Below are positions 36,061 to 46,088 of a DNA stretch of 64,000 bases, piece after piece. Made by a program: the position numbers and the translations under genes. The notes under the pieces were generated by a model. The model was not told the DNA's origin. It did not search any database and was given only the letters and a program-made list of their open reading frames with translations. Each line of letters starts with the position of its first letter. Within the stretch, counting starts at the first letter, position 1. The DNA is from Anaerolineae bacterium (GTDB lineage: Bacteria > Chloroflexota > Anaerolineae > DUEN01), in contig DAOUBB010000086.1 of assembly GCA_034432955.1 (NCBI GenBank), positions 4,839-68,838 on the forward strand. The letters are read 5' to 3'.

Positions 36061-36089
36061 TTGTCAACGGTCATTGACGCGTGTATACT
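36061..36089 (+). promoter_or_regulatory. sigma70-like promoter (TTGTCA-17-TATACT) for obg
   Basis: About 67 nt upstream of the TTG start at 36156. Confidence 0.45.
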
Positions 36090-36155
36090 GCTGACCAGGA
36101 TCAGCAGGGAGTTCAGACATGGCTTGAGAGCACTTGAACAGGGCGAGGCTAGCAG

Positions 36156-37433
36156 TTGTTCTTCGACGAGGCGCGTATCTACGTCAAGGGGGGCGACGGC
36201 GGAAACGGCTGCGTCTCCTTCCGACGCGAGAAATTCGTTCCGTTCGGTGGCCCAAACGGCGGCAACGGCGGCCATGGCGGCAGCGTTTACCTGATCGCCG
36301 ATCCCTCCCTGAACACGCTTATCCATTTCCGACAGCAGGTGCACTTCAAGGCAGAGCGGGGAGCTCACGGCCGCGGCAAAGAGCAACATGGCCGCAACGG
36401 AGCCGACCTGTTCGTGCCGGTGCCACCGGGCACGATGGTCTACGACGATGCAACCGGCGAGCTTCTGGCTGATCTGATGACGCCGGGCCAGAAGGTCCTG
36501 GTCGCGCCAGGCGGCCGCGGCGGGCGCGGCAACGCGGCTTTCAAGAGCTCGACGAACCAGGCGCCGCGCATCGCCGAACGCGGTGAGCCCGGCACGGAGC
36601 GATGGCTTCGTCTGGAGCTGAAGCTGATCGCCGATGTGGGGATCGTGGGGGTGCCCAACGCAGGGAAATCCACGCTGCTGGCCCGTGTGACCGCCGCCAG
36701 GCCCAAAATCGCCGACTACCCCTTCACCACGCTGGAACCTAACCTGGGGGTCGTGCAGATAGACCAGCGCGATTTTGTGCTGGCCGACGTCCCCGGCTTG
36801 ATCGAGGGCGCTCACCGGGGCGCCGGCCTGGGCGATCGCTTCCTGCGCCACATCGAGCGCTGTCGCGTCCTGATCCACTTGCTGAACGGCCTTAGCCCTG
36901 ACCCGGTGGGCGATTGGGAGGCCATCAACCAGGAGCTGGAACTGTTCAACCCCCGGCTGGCGAACAAACCTCAGTTGGTGACTTTCAACAAGATGGATCT
37001 GCCTGAGGTGAGGGAGCGGTGGCCTGAAGTGTGCCAGGCCTTGGTGGCGCGAGGTGTAGCGGATCCCCTCGCCATCTCTGCCGCCACCGGCGAGGGGGTC
37101 TGGACGTTGCTGCAGCGCACCCTGGCCCTGCTCGATCGCCTGCCCGCAGAGCCCATGGCTATCTCCGAGGGCGAAGGGCGGGTCTTTCGCCCTGCGCCTG
37201 AGGAGCCGGCCTTCGTGATCGAGCGGGAGAAAGATGCCTGGCGGGTGCGAGGGAAAAAGATCGAGCGGGTGGTAGCGATGACGAACTGGAATTACTACGA
37301 GGCTGCGCTCCGCTTCCAGCGAATCCTGGAGGCGATGGGGATCACCCAGGCTCTGGAGGCAGCCGGCGTGCAAGAGGGTGATACCGTGATCATCGGGAAC
37401 ACGGAGCTGGTCTGGGGACAGCAGGAGGGGTAA
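36156..37433 (+). CDS. obg: GTPase Obg
   Basis: [26 protein letters not shown] is the Obg fold; G-domain motifs GVPNAGKST and [12 protein letters not shown] start. Confidence 0.9.
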   Translation: MFFDEARIYVKGGDGGNGCVSFRREKFVPFGGPNGGNGGHGGSVYLIADPSLNTLIHFRQQVHFKAERGAHGRGKEQHGRNGADLFVPVPPGTMVYDDATGELLADLMTPGQKVLVAPGGRGGRGNAAFKSSTNQAPRIAERGEPGTERWLRLELKLIADVGIVGVPNAGKSTLLARVTAARPKIADYPFTTLEPNLGVVQIDQRDFVLADVPGLIEGAHRGAGLGDRFLRHIERCRVLIHLLNGLSPDPVGDWEAINQELELFNPRLANKPQLVTFNKMDLPEVRERWPEVCQALVARGVADPLAISAATGEGVWTLLQRTLALLDRLPAEPMAISEGEGRVFRPAPEEPAFVIEREKDAWRVRGKKIERVVAMTNWNYYEAALRFQRILEAMGITQALEAAGVQEGDTVIIGNTELVWGQQEG

Positions 37434-38080
37434 TGCGCATCGGTATCCTGGGCGGCACGTTTGATCCTCCCCACATCGGCCATCTGATCCTGGCAGAGGA
37501 GGCGTGGTTTCAGTTAAATCTGGACCGCGTCCTTCTGGTGCCGGCGGGCGATCCTCCGCACAAGCGCGGGTCGCCCCTGTCGCCGGCGTTCCATCGCGTG
37601 CGTATGGTAGAGCTGGCCATCGCGGACAATCCCCACTTCGAACTGTCACGCGTGGATGTGGATCGCCCGGGGCCCCACTACACGATTGACATGGTGAACC
37701 TTCTGCGTCAGCAATTTCCAGCCGATACCGAGCTGTATTTCCTGATGGGCCTGGACTCCCTGGCTGAATTGCCACGCTGGCACCGCGCCGCGGAGTTGGT
37801 GGCGGCCTGCCGCCTGGTCGCCCTGAGCCGGCCGGACGTCCATCTGGACTGGGAGCATCTGGAATCGGAGCTGCCGGGCATCCGGCAACGCATCGTTCTA
37901 TTGGACATGCCCGAGCTGGAGATCGCCTCCCACGTCCTGCAGCAGCGCGTGCGGCAAGGGCGACCTATTCGCTATCAGGTATTGCCGGCCGTCGAGGCCT
38001 ACATCTATCATCACAACCTCTACCGTTTGCCTTCTACTGTCTCGGTTGTCCCAACCGACGCGCATCGGCTCACCTCTTAA
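37433..38080 (+). CDS. nadD: nicotinate-nucleotide adenylyltransferase
   Basis: [18 protein letters not shown] is the (H/T)xGH NTase motif. TAATG overlap with obg. Confidence 0.9.
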   Translation: MRIGILGGTFDPPHIGHLILAEEAWFQLNLDRVLLVPAGDPPHKRGSPLSPAFHRVRMVELAIADNPHFELSRVDVDRPGPHYTIDMVNLLRQQFPADTELYFLMGLDSLAELPRWHRAAELVAACRLVALSRPDVHLDWEHLESELPGIRQRIVLLDMPELEIASHVLQQRVRQGRPIRYQVLPAVEAYIYHHNLYRLPSTVSVVPTDAHRLTS

Positions 38081-38261
38081 GCGTTTGGTCAAGTTCATTT
38101 TCATCTAGTTTGCCATACAAATGACCAGAATCATATGAGGGGATGCGAGAAGCGGATAAACTGAAGCGGATTTCGTTGCGTTTTGCACTGGGATGCAGGA
38201 CCAGCTATAAGCAAGTAACGGTCAAGACGAGTAGATCATCCGCTCGTAGGCGAGGGATCAG

Positions 38262-38711
38262 ATGCGTGTTGCGGATATCATGACTTCAAAACCTGTGACG
38301 GTTACCCCTCAGAATGCGATTGGCACAGCGATTGCGTTGATGCGAGCTGGGGGCTTTCGCCGGCTTCCTGTCGTCGAAAACGGCCGTCTGGTGGGGATCG
38401 TCACCGCCCGCGATCTTCGGCTCGCGTCGAACGCCCCCACGGTGATGCGCGAGCAGTGGTACGACAACTACATCTTCCAACATATCCCGGTAAGCACTTG
38501 CATGACGCGTCATCCCATCACGGTGACCCCTGACAGCTCCATCGCGGAGGCAGCTCGGCTGATGCGCGATCACAAGATCGGCGGGCTCCCCGTCGTAGAG
38601 GGGGAGCAAGTAGTGGGCATCATCACAGAGACCGACTTGTTGAACTATCTCCTGAAATTGCTGGAAGAGCGTGAGGAAGCTGCGGCCCCTGGAGATCGGG
38701 AAGCGAAATGA
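38262..38711 (+). CDS. CBS-domain pair protein
   Basis: Two CBS motifs (VADIMTSKPVTVTP...LPVVENGRLVGIVTARD; TCMTRHPITVTP...LPVVEGEQVVGIITETD). 149 aa with no other domain. Confidence 0.75.
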   Translation: MRVADIMTSKPVTVTPQNAIGTAIALMRAGGFRRLPVVENGRLVGIVTARDLRLASNAPTVMREQWYDNYIFQHIPVSTCMTRHPITVTPDSSIAEAARLMRDHKIGGLPVVEGEQVVGIITETDLLNYLLKLLEEREEAAAPGDREAK

Positions 38712-38807
38712 GGCTGGAAGAGGGTTGTCGTCGCCCGCGTCGCTGAGAGCCAGGGCCCAGATGCCCGTTCCATCCCCGGAAGGGTGAAAAAAAGCGTGTC
38801 AAAGGGC

Positions 38808-38836
38808 TTGGCAAATTGCCTGTCAGGGTGTATTAT
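38808..38836 (+). promoter_or_regulatory. near-consensus sigma70 promoter (TTGGCA-17-TATTAT)
   Basis: Upstream of the 38908 ORF; GGAGGAGG RBS at about 38892. Confidence 0.5.
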
Positions 38837-38907
38837 TGTAATGCTCCATGTCGAACTTTTAGAGTTGTGTCGGTAGAGATGTCACTTCCGGCCGGAGGAG
38901 GTGGCTT

Positions 38908-39264
38908 ATGACATGGGCTGAGCGCGTTGGCGATCTGACGACTCGCCTTACCCTGGTCATTCTAACAACCTTTCGGATCGTTACAGAGCTTCTTCGGCTC
39001 ATTTTTGTGACCCTGGATCGTTTTGTGACAGACTTGGGGGAACGCAGCGAGGAGGGGCTGCACCGGACGGAAATCGCTGAACGGGCATGGGTCAGGTTCC
39101 CCGGCTCGATCCTGCTAGGGCTGGCCTTCGCCCTCCTCCAGTTCCTCAAGATCTTCACCGTCCTCTTCCGGCAGGCGGCTGAAAAACTGAACGACTTCAT
39201 TATAGGGCTGGCGGAAGGGGAGGAGCGGATCACGGGGGCTCCGCCGTCCCCACCCGTGGCATAG
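38908..39264 (+). CDS. hypothetical small membrane protein (two predicted TM/amphipathic helices)
   Basis: Strong RBS and promoter, about 57 % GC against about 65 % for the window. No family recognised from sequence. Confidence 0.5.
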   Translation: MTWAERVGDLTTRLTLVILTTFRIVTELLRLIFVTLDRFVTDLGERSEEGLHRTEIAERAWVRFPGSILLGLAFALLQFLKIFTVLFRQAAEKLNDFIIGLAEGEERITGAPPSPPVA

Positions 39265-39682
39265 CGCAGAACCAATGGCGGGTAGATAAAAACCCGCTGA
39301 TGGAGTCCGGATTGACATCTCTACCGACCGGGCTCTCAGCGCGCCGTATGTTCTCCCTCTGAAGGTGTTGCGAAATCCGTTCGGGTGGGATGGGAACCTG
39401 GTTTCGATGCACTCAGAAGTGCGCTGAGCCAGGCATTTTCCCCTTTGCGGAGGCCCAGCAGTTAGAAACTGCGGGCAACGTCGGCGAAGTCGCCCTACGG
39501 CGACTGGATTTAGCCTGCGGAGGCAGGCTTTGCAGGCGTAACGGTAGCAACACCCAACAGGGAGACTACCGCCCACGAAATCGGGCACAAAGGGAGCTGG
39601 TTCAGGCTTTTCAGGCACCCTCTCAGGCTCTTGCGTGCATTCTATCTCTCACGCACCATCTCGTGGCAGGAGACAGAAGGTC

Positions 39683-40120
39683 ATGCGGAAGACATTGGTA
39701 GGAGACATCATGAGCCATCCTCCGATCGTGATTGATCCCGAGGCCACGCTGAGGGAAGCCGAAGCGCTGATGGAGGAGGAGCGGGTGCGCCGGCTGCCCG
39801 TAGTGAATGTTGAGGGCAGGCTGGTGGGTATTATCAGCCGCGGGGACGTGCGTGAGGGGCTCAGCGTCAGCTCGACCGGGAGCCCTTATGCGCCCGATGC
39901 TGAGGAGCACTGGTTGACCGTCGCCGATGTGATGACATCTGAAGTCGTGACGGTGACGCCTGCGACCCCACTGTGGCAGGCTGCTGAACTGATGCTGAAG
40001 CATAAGATCGGCGGATTGCCCGTGGTGGAAGGGGACGAGGTCGTGGGCATGATCACCGAGTCAGACATCTTCAAGCTGCTCGTGCAGCAATGGCGAAGCG
40101 AGATGGAGGCCGCCCACTGA
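39683..40120 (+). CDS. CBS-domain pair protein
   Basis: Two CBS motifs (VGDIMSHPPIVIDP...LPVVNVEGRLVGIISRGD; VADVMTSEVVTVTP...LPVVEGDEVVGMITESD). AGAAGG RBS. Preceded by a 418-bp non-coding leader. Confidence 0.75.
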   Translation: MRKTLVGDIMSHPPIVIDPEATLREAEALMEEERVRRLPVVNVEGRLVGIISRGDVREGLSVSSTGSPYAPDAEEHWLTVADVMTSEVVTVTPATPLWQAAELMLKHKIGGLPVVEGDEVVGMITESDIFKLLVQQWRSEMEAAH

Positions 40121-40184
40121 ACCCGCTGTGATTTTGGGGAAGGAGGCGGTAGGCGATGTTTTTCTCTTTCACATCGAAAAATGC

Positions 40185-40212
40185 TTGACACAGCACTGGC
40201 CCGTGGTATATA
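40185..40212 (+). promoter_or_regulatory. sigma70-like promoter (TTGACA-16-TATATA) for the sugar ABC operon
   Basis: About 130-nt leader before the ATG at 40342. Confidence 0.5.
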
Positions 40213-40341
40213 AATCATGGCAGCCAGGCTGCTGGGCAACTCTCTCCACCGAGCAGCTTTCCTCGCTTCCTGGTCTGTTTCCTTTCCACCATGACGAGCA
40301 GAAGCATGCTCGATCCCTACAAGCCAAGAAGGGTCAATCCT

Positions 40342-41739
40342 ATGGGACAGGATATTCGACAGGTAAAGCTTAGTCGTCGCGAGTTTCTGCGACGCGCGGG
40401 TGTTTTGGGGTTTGCCACCGGCGCTCTCTCGGTTCTCGGCGGATGCGTTATCCCGACGCCAGCACCAACCGCTCCGGCTGCGGAGAAGGCCCCGGCTCCT
40501 GCCGAGAAGAAAGTGGTCAAGTTTGCCCAGTTCTACACTTTGATTCCTGAGCCGAATCGCAGCCTTAATCTGAAATGGATCGAGAAGGCGATCAAGGCCT
40601 TCGAGGCCGAGAACCCGGATGTCAAAGTAGAACTGGAAGAGTTCAAGTGGGATCAAATTGACCAGCGGTCTATCCTGGACTATCAGGCTGGCGTCCCCCA
40701 TGATGTTTTCCTCAGCTCGCCCCAGTTGATGGCGAAGCACCTGGATGTGGGCGACTTCCTGGACATGACGCCTTACATCCAGAAATGGCCGGAATCGGAG
40801 TTGAAAGACCTCAACTGGAGCCCGGGCTGGAAGGCGGGCAGTGTCGGTGGGCAACAGATCGGGATTGCTACCGGTGTGCATACCCGCACGAACGTTTACC
40901 GCCGCGATCTTTACCAGGCAGCCGGCCTGGATCCTGACAAACCGCCTACAACCCTGGAGGAGGCTGTCGAAGCCGCTAAGGCAACCACCACGGCAGATGT
41001 ATGGGGCATGGGCATGTTCCTGGGGGCTTCCCGCGCGACCATCGAGCTTTATGTGGCCCCGCTCGTCTGGCACTTCGGGGGCGACATCTGGGATGCCGAG
41101 GCGAAGAAGGCTTCTTTCGCCGGAGATGCTGGCGTCCAGGCAGTACAGACGATCCTGGATTGGATCTTCAAAGACAAGATTACGCCCGAGTTCGCGATCA
41201 CTGGCACCTACGACGAGCGTTGCCTGGGCGACTTCATTAACGGCAAGGTGGCCACGGCGTGGGGCTTCGGCAGCTACTGGATCGCCGCCGTCAACGAGAA
41301 GGGCTGGTTCAAAGACTGCTTCCCGCCCAAGACCACTTGCACGCCCGATGTCGCCGGCGTGATGGTGGTCCCCACAACGGTCAAAGCCCAGTTCACCAAC
41401 GCGTGGTGTCTCTCGATCCATAAGCTGAGTCCGAACCCTGACCTGGCGATGAAGCTGATCGAGTTTGCGATGAAAGCCGAGATGCTGGTAGATTATCCCG
41501 ACGCTGGACTGCCGGCCCGCTTGAGCATGTGGGAGGCGCCCGAGTTCCAGACGCCCTTCTACCAGACGTGGCTGGAGGCAGCCAAGAATGGGCGTCCCAT
41601 GCCACCGACGGCTTACTATCCCGAACTGGCCGACACGGTGTCGGCCGCGGTGCAGGAGGTGGTCACCAAGAAGGGTGAGGTCGCAGCCACGCTCAAGAAG
41701 TTCGAGGATGAGTGGAACTCTAAGTTCGCCGGCAAGTAA
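40342..41739 (+). CDS. ABC transporter substrate-binding lipoprotein (carbohydrate, family 1)
   Basis: RREFLRRAGVLGFATGALSVLGGC is a Tat/lipoprotein signal; MalE-like fold. Confidence 0.85.
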   Translation: MGQDIRQVKLSRREFLRRAGVLGFATGALSVLGGCVIPTPAPTAPAAEKAPAPAEKKVVKFAQFYTLIPEPNRSLNLKWIEKAIKAFEAENPDVKVELEEFKWDQIDQRSILDYQAGVPHDVFLSSPQLMAKHLDVGDFLDMTPYIQKWPESELKDLNWSPGWKAGSVGGQQIGIATGVHTRTNVYRRDLYQAAGLDPDKPPTTLEEAVEAAKATTTADVWGMGMFLGASRATIELYVAPLVWHFGGDIWDAEAKKASFAGDAGVQAVQTILDWIFKDKITPEFAITGTYDERCLGDFINGKVATAWGFGSYWIAAVNEKGWFKDCFPPKTTCTPDVAGVMVVPTTVKAQFTNAWCLSIHKLSPNPDLAMKLIEFAMKAEMLVDYPDAGLPARLSMWEAPEFQTPFYQTWLEAAKNGRPMPPTAYYPELADTVSAAVQEVVTKKGEVAATLKKFEDEWNSKFAGK

Positions 41740-41801
41740 GGACTGCACCATATGATGGTGTCCATCCTCGCCAGTTGAGATTGGTGTTGATGATGACATC
41801 G

Positions 41802-41838
41802 GCACCCCGCTTCTAATACAACCTGAGAGGCGGGGTGC
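41802..41838 (+). promoter_or_regulatory. intercistronic stem-loop between binding-protein and permease genes
   Basis: GCACCCCGC-19 nt loop-GCGGGGTGC. Confidence 0.35.
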
Positions 41839-41889
41839 TACTATGTTTAGAGTCTATCCCCTTTTCGAAGCCACCAGGGAGAGCACGAC

Positions 41890-42828
41890 ATGCAAAAACT
41901 GGATCAGGCACTGGTCGCGCGGCCATCGCCAATGTTGTCGCCAAGGCGAACAGGTTTCCGTGCGAGCTTACAACGTTACCGATTGCCGTATTTACTGCTG
42001 TTGCCCACGCTGGTCTTGCTGTTGACTTTTCTTTTCTGGCCTTTGCTCTCGCTTTTGTGGTTTGGTTTTCGCAAAACTGAGTTGAACGGCAGCTCTCAAT
42101 TCGTGGGATTGGCCAATTATCGGCTCCTCTTCAACGAAGAGCGCTTCATCCAGAACCTGAGCTCTACCCTGCAGTATGTCATCGGCGTGTTGGTGCTCTC
42201 TGTTCCCTTTGCCTATTTCGCAGCCGTTCTCATCAGCAGCCGGTTGAGAGGAGCCAGCCTTTTCCGCACGCTGTTCCTGTTTCCCTGGATCATCGCTCCC
42301 GTGGTGAGCGCCATTCTCTTCCGCACCCTCGTAGATGCCACCAATGGCCCGATCACACTCCTCTTGAAGCTTCTGACCGGCAAAAACGTCTACCTCATGA
42401 TTGATCCCCAGCTTTCTATGCTGGTGGTGATCGTGCACAGCGCATGGCGTTCTTTCCCGCTGGAGATGTTGCTGATCGCTGCAGGCATCACGGCGATCCC
42501 GGTGGAGCTTTACGAGGCGGCCAAGGTGGATGGCGCCGGCTTGTGGCACCAATTCACGCGTATCACGTTGCCTCTCACAAAGGTGCCACTCTTCTCAGCC
42601 ATGCTGACGATCACGATTTATACACTGCAGGACGCGGAGGGTGCCTACGCGCTGACCGGAGGCGGCCCAGGCTACAGCACCGAGGTGACAGGTGTTCGCT
42701 TGTTCAAAGAGGCCTTTCTTTACTTCAACGTCGGGCTGGCTTCCAGTATCGGTACCATCCTGATCATCGTCAGCGTGCTGTTCATGATCTTCTATCTGCG
42801 CGTGCTGGGACAGGGAGAGGTGCAATGA
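41890..42828 (+). CDS. ABC transporter permease (MalF-like)
   Basis: TM-rich; EAA loop [21 protein letters not shown]. Confidence 0.8.
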   Translation: MQKLDQALVARPSPMLSPRRTGFRASLQRYRLPYLLLLPTLVLLLTFLFWPLLSLLWFGFRKTELNGSSQFVGLANYRLLFNEERFIQNLSSTLQYVIGVLVLSVPFAYFAAVLISSRLRGASLFRTLFLFPWIIAPVVSAILFRTLVDATNGPITLLLKLLTGKNVYLMIDPQLSMLVVIVHSAWRSFPLEMLLIAAGITAIPVELYEAAKVDGAGLWHQFTRITLPLTKVPLFSAMLTITIYTLQDAEGAYALTGGGPGYSTEVTGVRLFKEAFLYFNVGLASSIGTILIIVSVLFMIFYLRVLGQGEVQ

Positions 42829-43625
42829 AAGTCCAGAGGATCCTGGTCGGAATCGGCCTAACCATTGTCACGCTGATCGTGCTGATCCCCATTCTTTGGG
42901 GGCTGCGTACCTCTGTAGCTGAAAGCTATGATCTGAAGATCATCCCTTCCCCGGTCACGTTCAAAAGCTACGAGTACATCTTCCGGGAAGGGCGTTTTGC
43001 CATGAACCTGAAGAATAGCACCATCGTCTCTGTAGGGGCTGTTCTGTTGACGGTGCCGGTTGCATTGCTAGCTGGCTATGCCCTGGCACGCTTCGACTTT
43101 CCCGGTAAGCGACTCAGCTTCTTGCTACTGGTGCTGCCGCTGTTGCCAGCGATTGCCGTCTTGGTCCCGCTGATCGTCTATATGCGCGGGATTGGGTTGT
43201 ATAACACCCTCTTCGCGGTGATCCTGGCTAACTCTGTCTTCAACCTCCCCTTCGCCACCTGGATGGTGCGCGGTTTTCTGCTGGCCATCCCGCTGGAGAT
43301 TGAAGAGGCCGCTTTCCTGGATGGTTGCAGCCGCATGGGGACGCTGTTCCGCATCGCCGCGCCGTTGTCAGCGCCAGGGCTGATCGCGGTCGGAATCTTC
43401 ATCATCATCAGCACCTGGAATAACTACCTGTTCGCCTTCGCTTTCACCACGTCGCCCAAGCTGCAAGTGGTCCCCGCCGCGATTCTGGGCTTCATCGTCT
43501 CGTGGGGTACGGACTACGCGGGGCTGAACGCCACGGCTACGCTGGCGATGTTCCCACCGTTGATTTTGTTCCTGCTGTTTCAGAAGTGGTTCATCATGGG
43601 GATGCTGACGGGGAGCGGGAAATAA
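42825..43625 (+). CDS. ABC transporter permease (MalG-like)
   Basis: ATGA overlap with the upstream permease. EAA-like EEAAFLDGCSRMGTLFRIAAP. Confidence 0.85.
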   Translation: MKVQRILVGIGLTIVTLIVLIPILWGLRTSVAESYDLKIIPSPVTFKSYEYIFREGRFAMNLKNSTIVSVGAVLLTVPVALLAGYALARFDFPGKRLSFLLLVLPLLPAIAVLVPLIVYMRGIGLYNTLFAVILANSVFNLPFATWMVRGFLLAIPLEIEEAAFLDGCSRMGTLFRIAAPLSAPGLIAVGIFIIISTWNNYLFAFAFTTSPKLQVVPAAILGFIVSWGTDYAGLNATATLAMFPPLILFLLFQKWFIMGMLTGSGK

Positions 43626-43640
43626 CCGGAAATCAGAGGG

Positions 43641-45005
43641 CTACCGGGCAGGCAGGATCGCTCCCTCCAGGTCAGCCCCCTCCAAGACCGCACTGGTTAA
43701 GTCCGCCTGCGTTAAATCGGCCCGGCGCAAATTGGCGCGACGCAGGTTGGCCCCCCTGAGATCCGCCTGCGCCAGGATGGCCCCCTCCAGGTTCGCGCCC
43801 TCCAGGTTGGCGTCGCGTAGCTCAGCCCCCTCCAGAATGGCCCCGTGCAGATCAGCTCCGGCCAGGTAGGCCCAGCTCAGATGAGCCCCGCGCAAGTCCC
43901 GGCCGGCCCCGCCTCGGTTGAGGATCTCCCAGGTCATCCGCCACTTATCGAAAATCACCGTCGTCTCGTTCAGCACTGCCTGGCGCAAGTTGGCCCCATT
44001 CAGATCCACCCCGCTCAGGTTGGCCCCGCGCAGATCGGCCCCTTCCAGGATAGCCAGGTGCAGGCTGGCCTGCGTCAGGTCTGCCCGGCGCAGGTCGGCC
44101 TTAGACAGGTTCGCCCCACCCAGGTCAGCCTCCACTAACAAAGCTTCGCTCAGATTCGCCCCAGTCAGATCCGCCCGACGCAGATAGGCGCGGTTCAGAT
44201 AGGCCTCGCTCAGATCGGCCCCGGCCAGCTCGCGATCGGCCGCGATCTCATTGAGGATCTGCCACACCAGCCGCCATTTCGCGTCGATCCTGGTCTGATC
44301 GTCCAGAGCCGCCTTGAGCAGGTTCGCGCCGCGCAGGTCAGCGCCGGTCAGGTCAGCGCCGGCCAGGTCGGCGTCGCTCAAGTCGGCCTGGCGCAGGTCA
44401 GCTCGTCGCAGATCCACCCCGCGCAAGTCGGCGCCGCGCAGATCGGCCGCTCTGAGATCGCGCCCGCGCGCGCCCTCGTTCACGATCTCCCAGACGAGTT
44501 GCCACTTGGCGCTGACAGTCGTCGTCTCGTCCAGCAGCGCGCCGCGCAGGTTCGCCCGTTCCAACCCGGCATAAGCCATATCGGCCCCACGCAAATCTGC
44601 CTGGAACAGGTTAGCCTCGCGCAGGCGCGCGGCCCGCAGGTCCGCCTGGCGCAGGTCCGCCTGACTGAGATCGGCTTTGAGCAGCAGGGCGCCGCGTAAG
44701 TAGGCACGATGTAAACGCGCCCCTCTCAGATTCGCGCCGCGAAGCTCTGCAAAGAAGAGATTGGCCTCCTGGAGATTGGCGCCCTCCAGGTTCGCCGCGC
44801 TCAAATTGGCCTCACGGAAGTCGGCACCTCGCAACTCGGCTTGACGCAGATCGGCGTTTGGTAGATCGGCTTCCTCGCAACGTGGAGGGCAGGACGCGAA
44901 CAGGTCGCGTCCGTAGAGGGCCAGCGCAATCGCCGCGGAGAGAATTGCCAGAGGAACCACCAGGAGGGCGATCAGACGAAGGAATTCACGCACAACTTCA
45001 CCCAC
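43641..45005 (-). CDS. pentapeptide-repeat membrane protein
   Basis: N-terminal TM helix, then long runs of A(D/N)LxG pentapeptides in three blocks, each ending in a conserved about 25-aa spacer (TTVSAKWQLVWEIVNEGARGRDL; QTRIDAKWRLVWQILNEIAADREL; ETTVIFDKWRMTWEILNRGGAGRDL). GTG start. Confidence 0.8.
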   Translation of the reverse strand: MGEVVREFLRLIALLVVPLAILSAAIALALYGRDLFASCPPRCEEADLPNADLRQAELRGADFREANLSAANLEGANLQEANLFFAELRGANLRGARLHRAYLRGALLLKADLSQADLRQADLRAARLREANLFQADLRGADMAYAGLERANLRGALLDETTTVSAKWQLVWEIVNEGARGRDLRAADLRGADLRGVDLRRADLRQADLSDADLAGADLTGADLRGANLLKAALDDQTRIDAKWRLVWQILNEIAADRELAGADLSEAYLNRAYLRRADLTGANLSEALLVEADLGGANLSKADLRRADLTQASLHLAILEGADLRGANLSGVDLNGANLRQAVLNETTVIFDKWRMTWEILNRGGAGRDLRGAHLSWAYLAGADLHGAILEGAELRDANLEGANLEGAILAQADLRGANLRRANLRRADLTQADLTSAVLEGADLEGAILPAR

Positions 45006-45028
45006 GAACGACGAGAGACAAAGAACCA

Positions 45029-45066
45029 GAGACGAAGGGCCGAAGGCATTGGTCCTCGGCCCTTCG
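45029..45066 (-). terminator. long imperfect hairpin downstream of oppF
   Basis: GACGAAGGGCCGAAGG-cattgg-TCCTCGGCCCTTCGTC: about 16-bp arms with 2 mismatches. Confidence 0.45.
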
Positions 45067-45095
45067 TCCTTCGTCTTTCGTCCTTCGTCCGTCGT
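45061..45095. repeat. heptanucleotide tandem repeat (CCTTCGT)x5
   Basis: ccttcgt ccttcgt ctttcgt ccttcgt ccgtcgt, directly after the oppF stop (45097-45099) and upstream of the pentapeptide-repeat gene. Confidence 0.7.
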
Positions 45096-45096
45096 C

Positions 45097-46074
45097 TCAT
45101 TCGTAGAGGTAGCATGCCGCCTCGTGGTTGGTGCCGTCTACCGGATAGAGAGGCGGTTGCCTGACCAGACAGCGGTCCATCCGATGAGGGCAGCGCGGAT
45201 AGAATCGGCATCCGCTGTTCACCTTGCTGCGCAGCTCTTCCTCAGGGGGCAAGACCAAATTGGTGTTCCATTTTTGGGTGGGATCGGGCACAGGGATCGA
45301 GTCAATGAGCAGTTGAACGTACGGATGTTTGGGGTTCTCGATCACCTGGGTGGTCTCACCCTTCTCCGCGATGGATCCCTGGTACAGGATGTAGATCTGA
45401 TCACCGATCTGGTAAGCCGTGCTGAGATCGTGCGTGATGTAGAGGAACGAGATGTTGTACTCGTCCCGCATGCGCAGCATAATGTCCAGGATCATGGCGC
45501 GCAGGGATGCATCTACCATCGAGACGGGCTCGTCGGCCACGATCAACCGGGGCTTGAGCAGGAAAGCCCGGGCCACCATCATACGCTGGCGCTGGCCGCC
45601 GCTGAGCTGATGGGGATACTTCTCGAGGACTTCCTCGCCCCGCAGGCCCACGACCTTCAGCGCTTCCTCGATGAGCTCACGAGCCTCCTGCTTGTTGCTG
45701 GCCAGCTTGAAGCGGCTGATGACCAGGTCGAAAACGTGTTTCACCCGGTAGAAGGGATTGTAGACCTCGTAGGGGTCCTGGAAGACGGCCTGCACCTCCC
45801 GGCGATACTCAAGTTGCTGCTGCTTGTTCATGGTGGCAATGTCGTGGCCTTTGTAGAGGATCTGGCCGGAGGTCAGGCTGATGAACCCCAGGATCACATT
45901 GGCCAGGGTAGTTTTCCCACTGCCGCTCTCACCAGCGATGGTCGTGATCGTCGCCGGCTTCTCAGCCAGGGTCAGATTAAAGTCCTGCAACGCGACGACT
46001 TGCTCACCAGAGCGTAGAAAGCCACCACCGTAAATTTTGGTAGCGTTGCGAATTTCCAGAAGCGGTTGAGACAT
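45097..46074 (-). CDS. oligopeptide-type ABC transporter ATP-binding protein (OppF-like)
   Basis: Walker A GESGSGKTT, signature LSGGQRQR, C-terminal Opp extension. The ATG at 46074 has a GAGGA RBS; the GTG at 46092 is an alternative. Confidence 0.85.
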   Translation of the reverse strand: MSQPLLEIRNATKIYGGGFLRSGEQVVALQDFNLTLAEKPATITTIAGESGSGKTTLANVILGFISLTSGQILYKGHDIATMNKQQQLEYRREVQAVFQDPYEVYNPFYRVKHVFDLVISRFKLASNKQEARELIEEALKVVGLRGEEVLEKYPHQLSGGQRQRMMVARAFLLKPRLIVADEPVSMVDASLRAMILDIMLRMRDEYNISFLYITHDLSTAYQIGDQIYILYQGSIAEKGETTQVIENPKHPYVQLLIDSIPVPDPTQKWNTNLVLPPEEELRSKVNSGCRFYPRCPHRMDRCLVRQPPLYPVDGTNHEAACYLYE

Positions 46075-46088
46075 CAGGCCATTCCTCG

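Noticed and set aside
38859-39618. Minus-strand ORFs 38859..39275 (138 aa) and 39115..39618 (167 aa) in the low-GC island
   Set aside because: Ser/Arg-rich low-complexity translations. The first overlaps the plus-strand hypothetical, which has a strong promoter and RBS; the second spans the putative non-coding leader.
36027-41805. Large antisense ORFs 36027..37775 (582 aa) and 39886..41805 (639 aa) on the minus strand
   Set aside because: Opposite to obg/nadD and to the CBS and binding-protein genes. No domain signatures and compositional bias typical of spurious high-GC ORFs.
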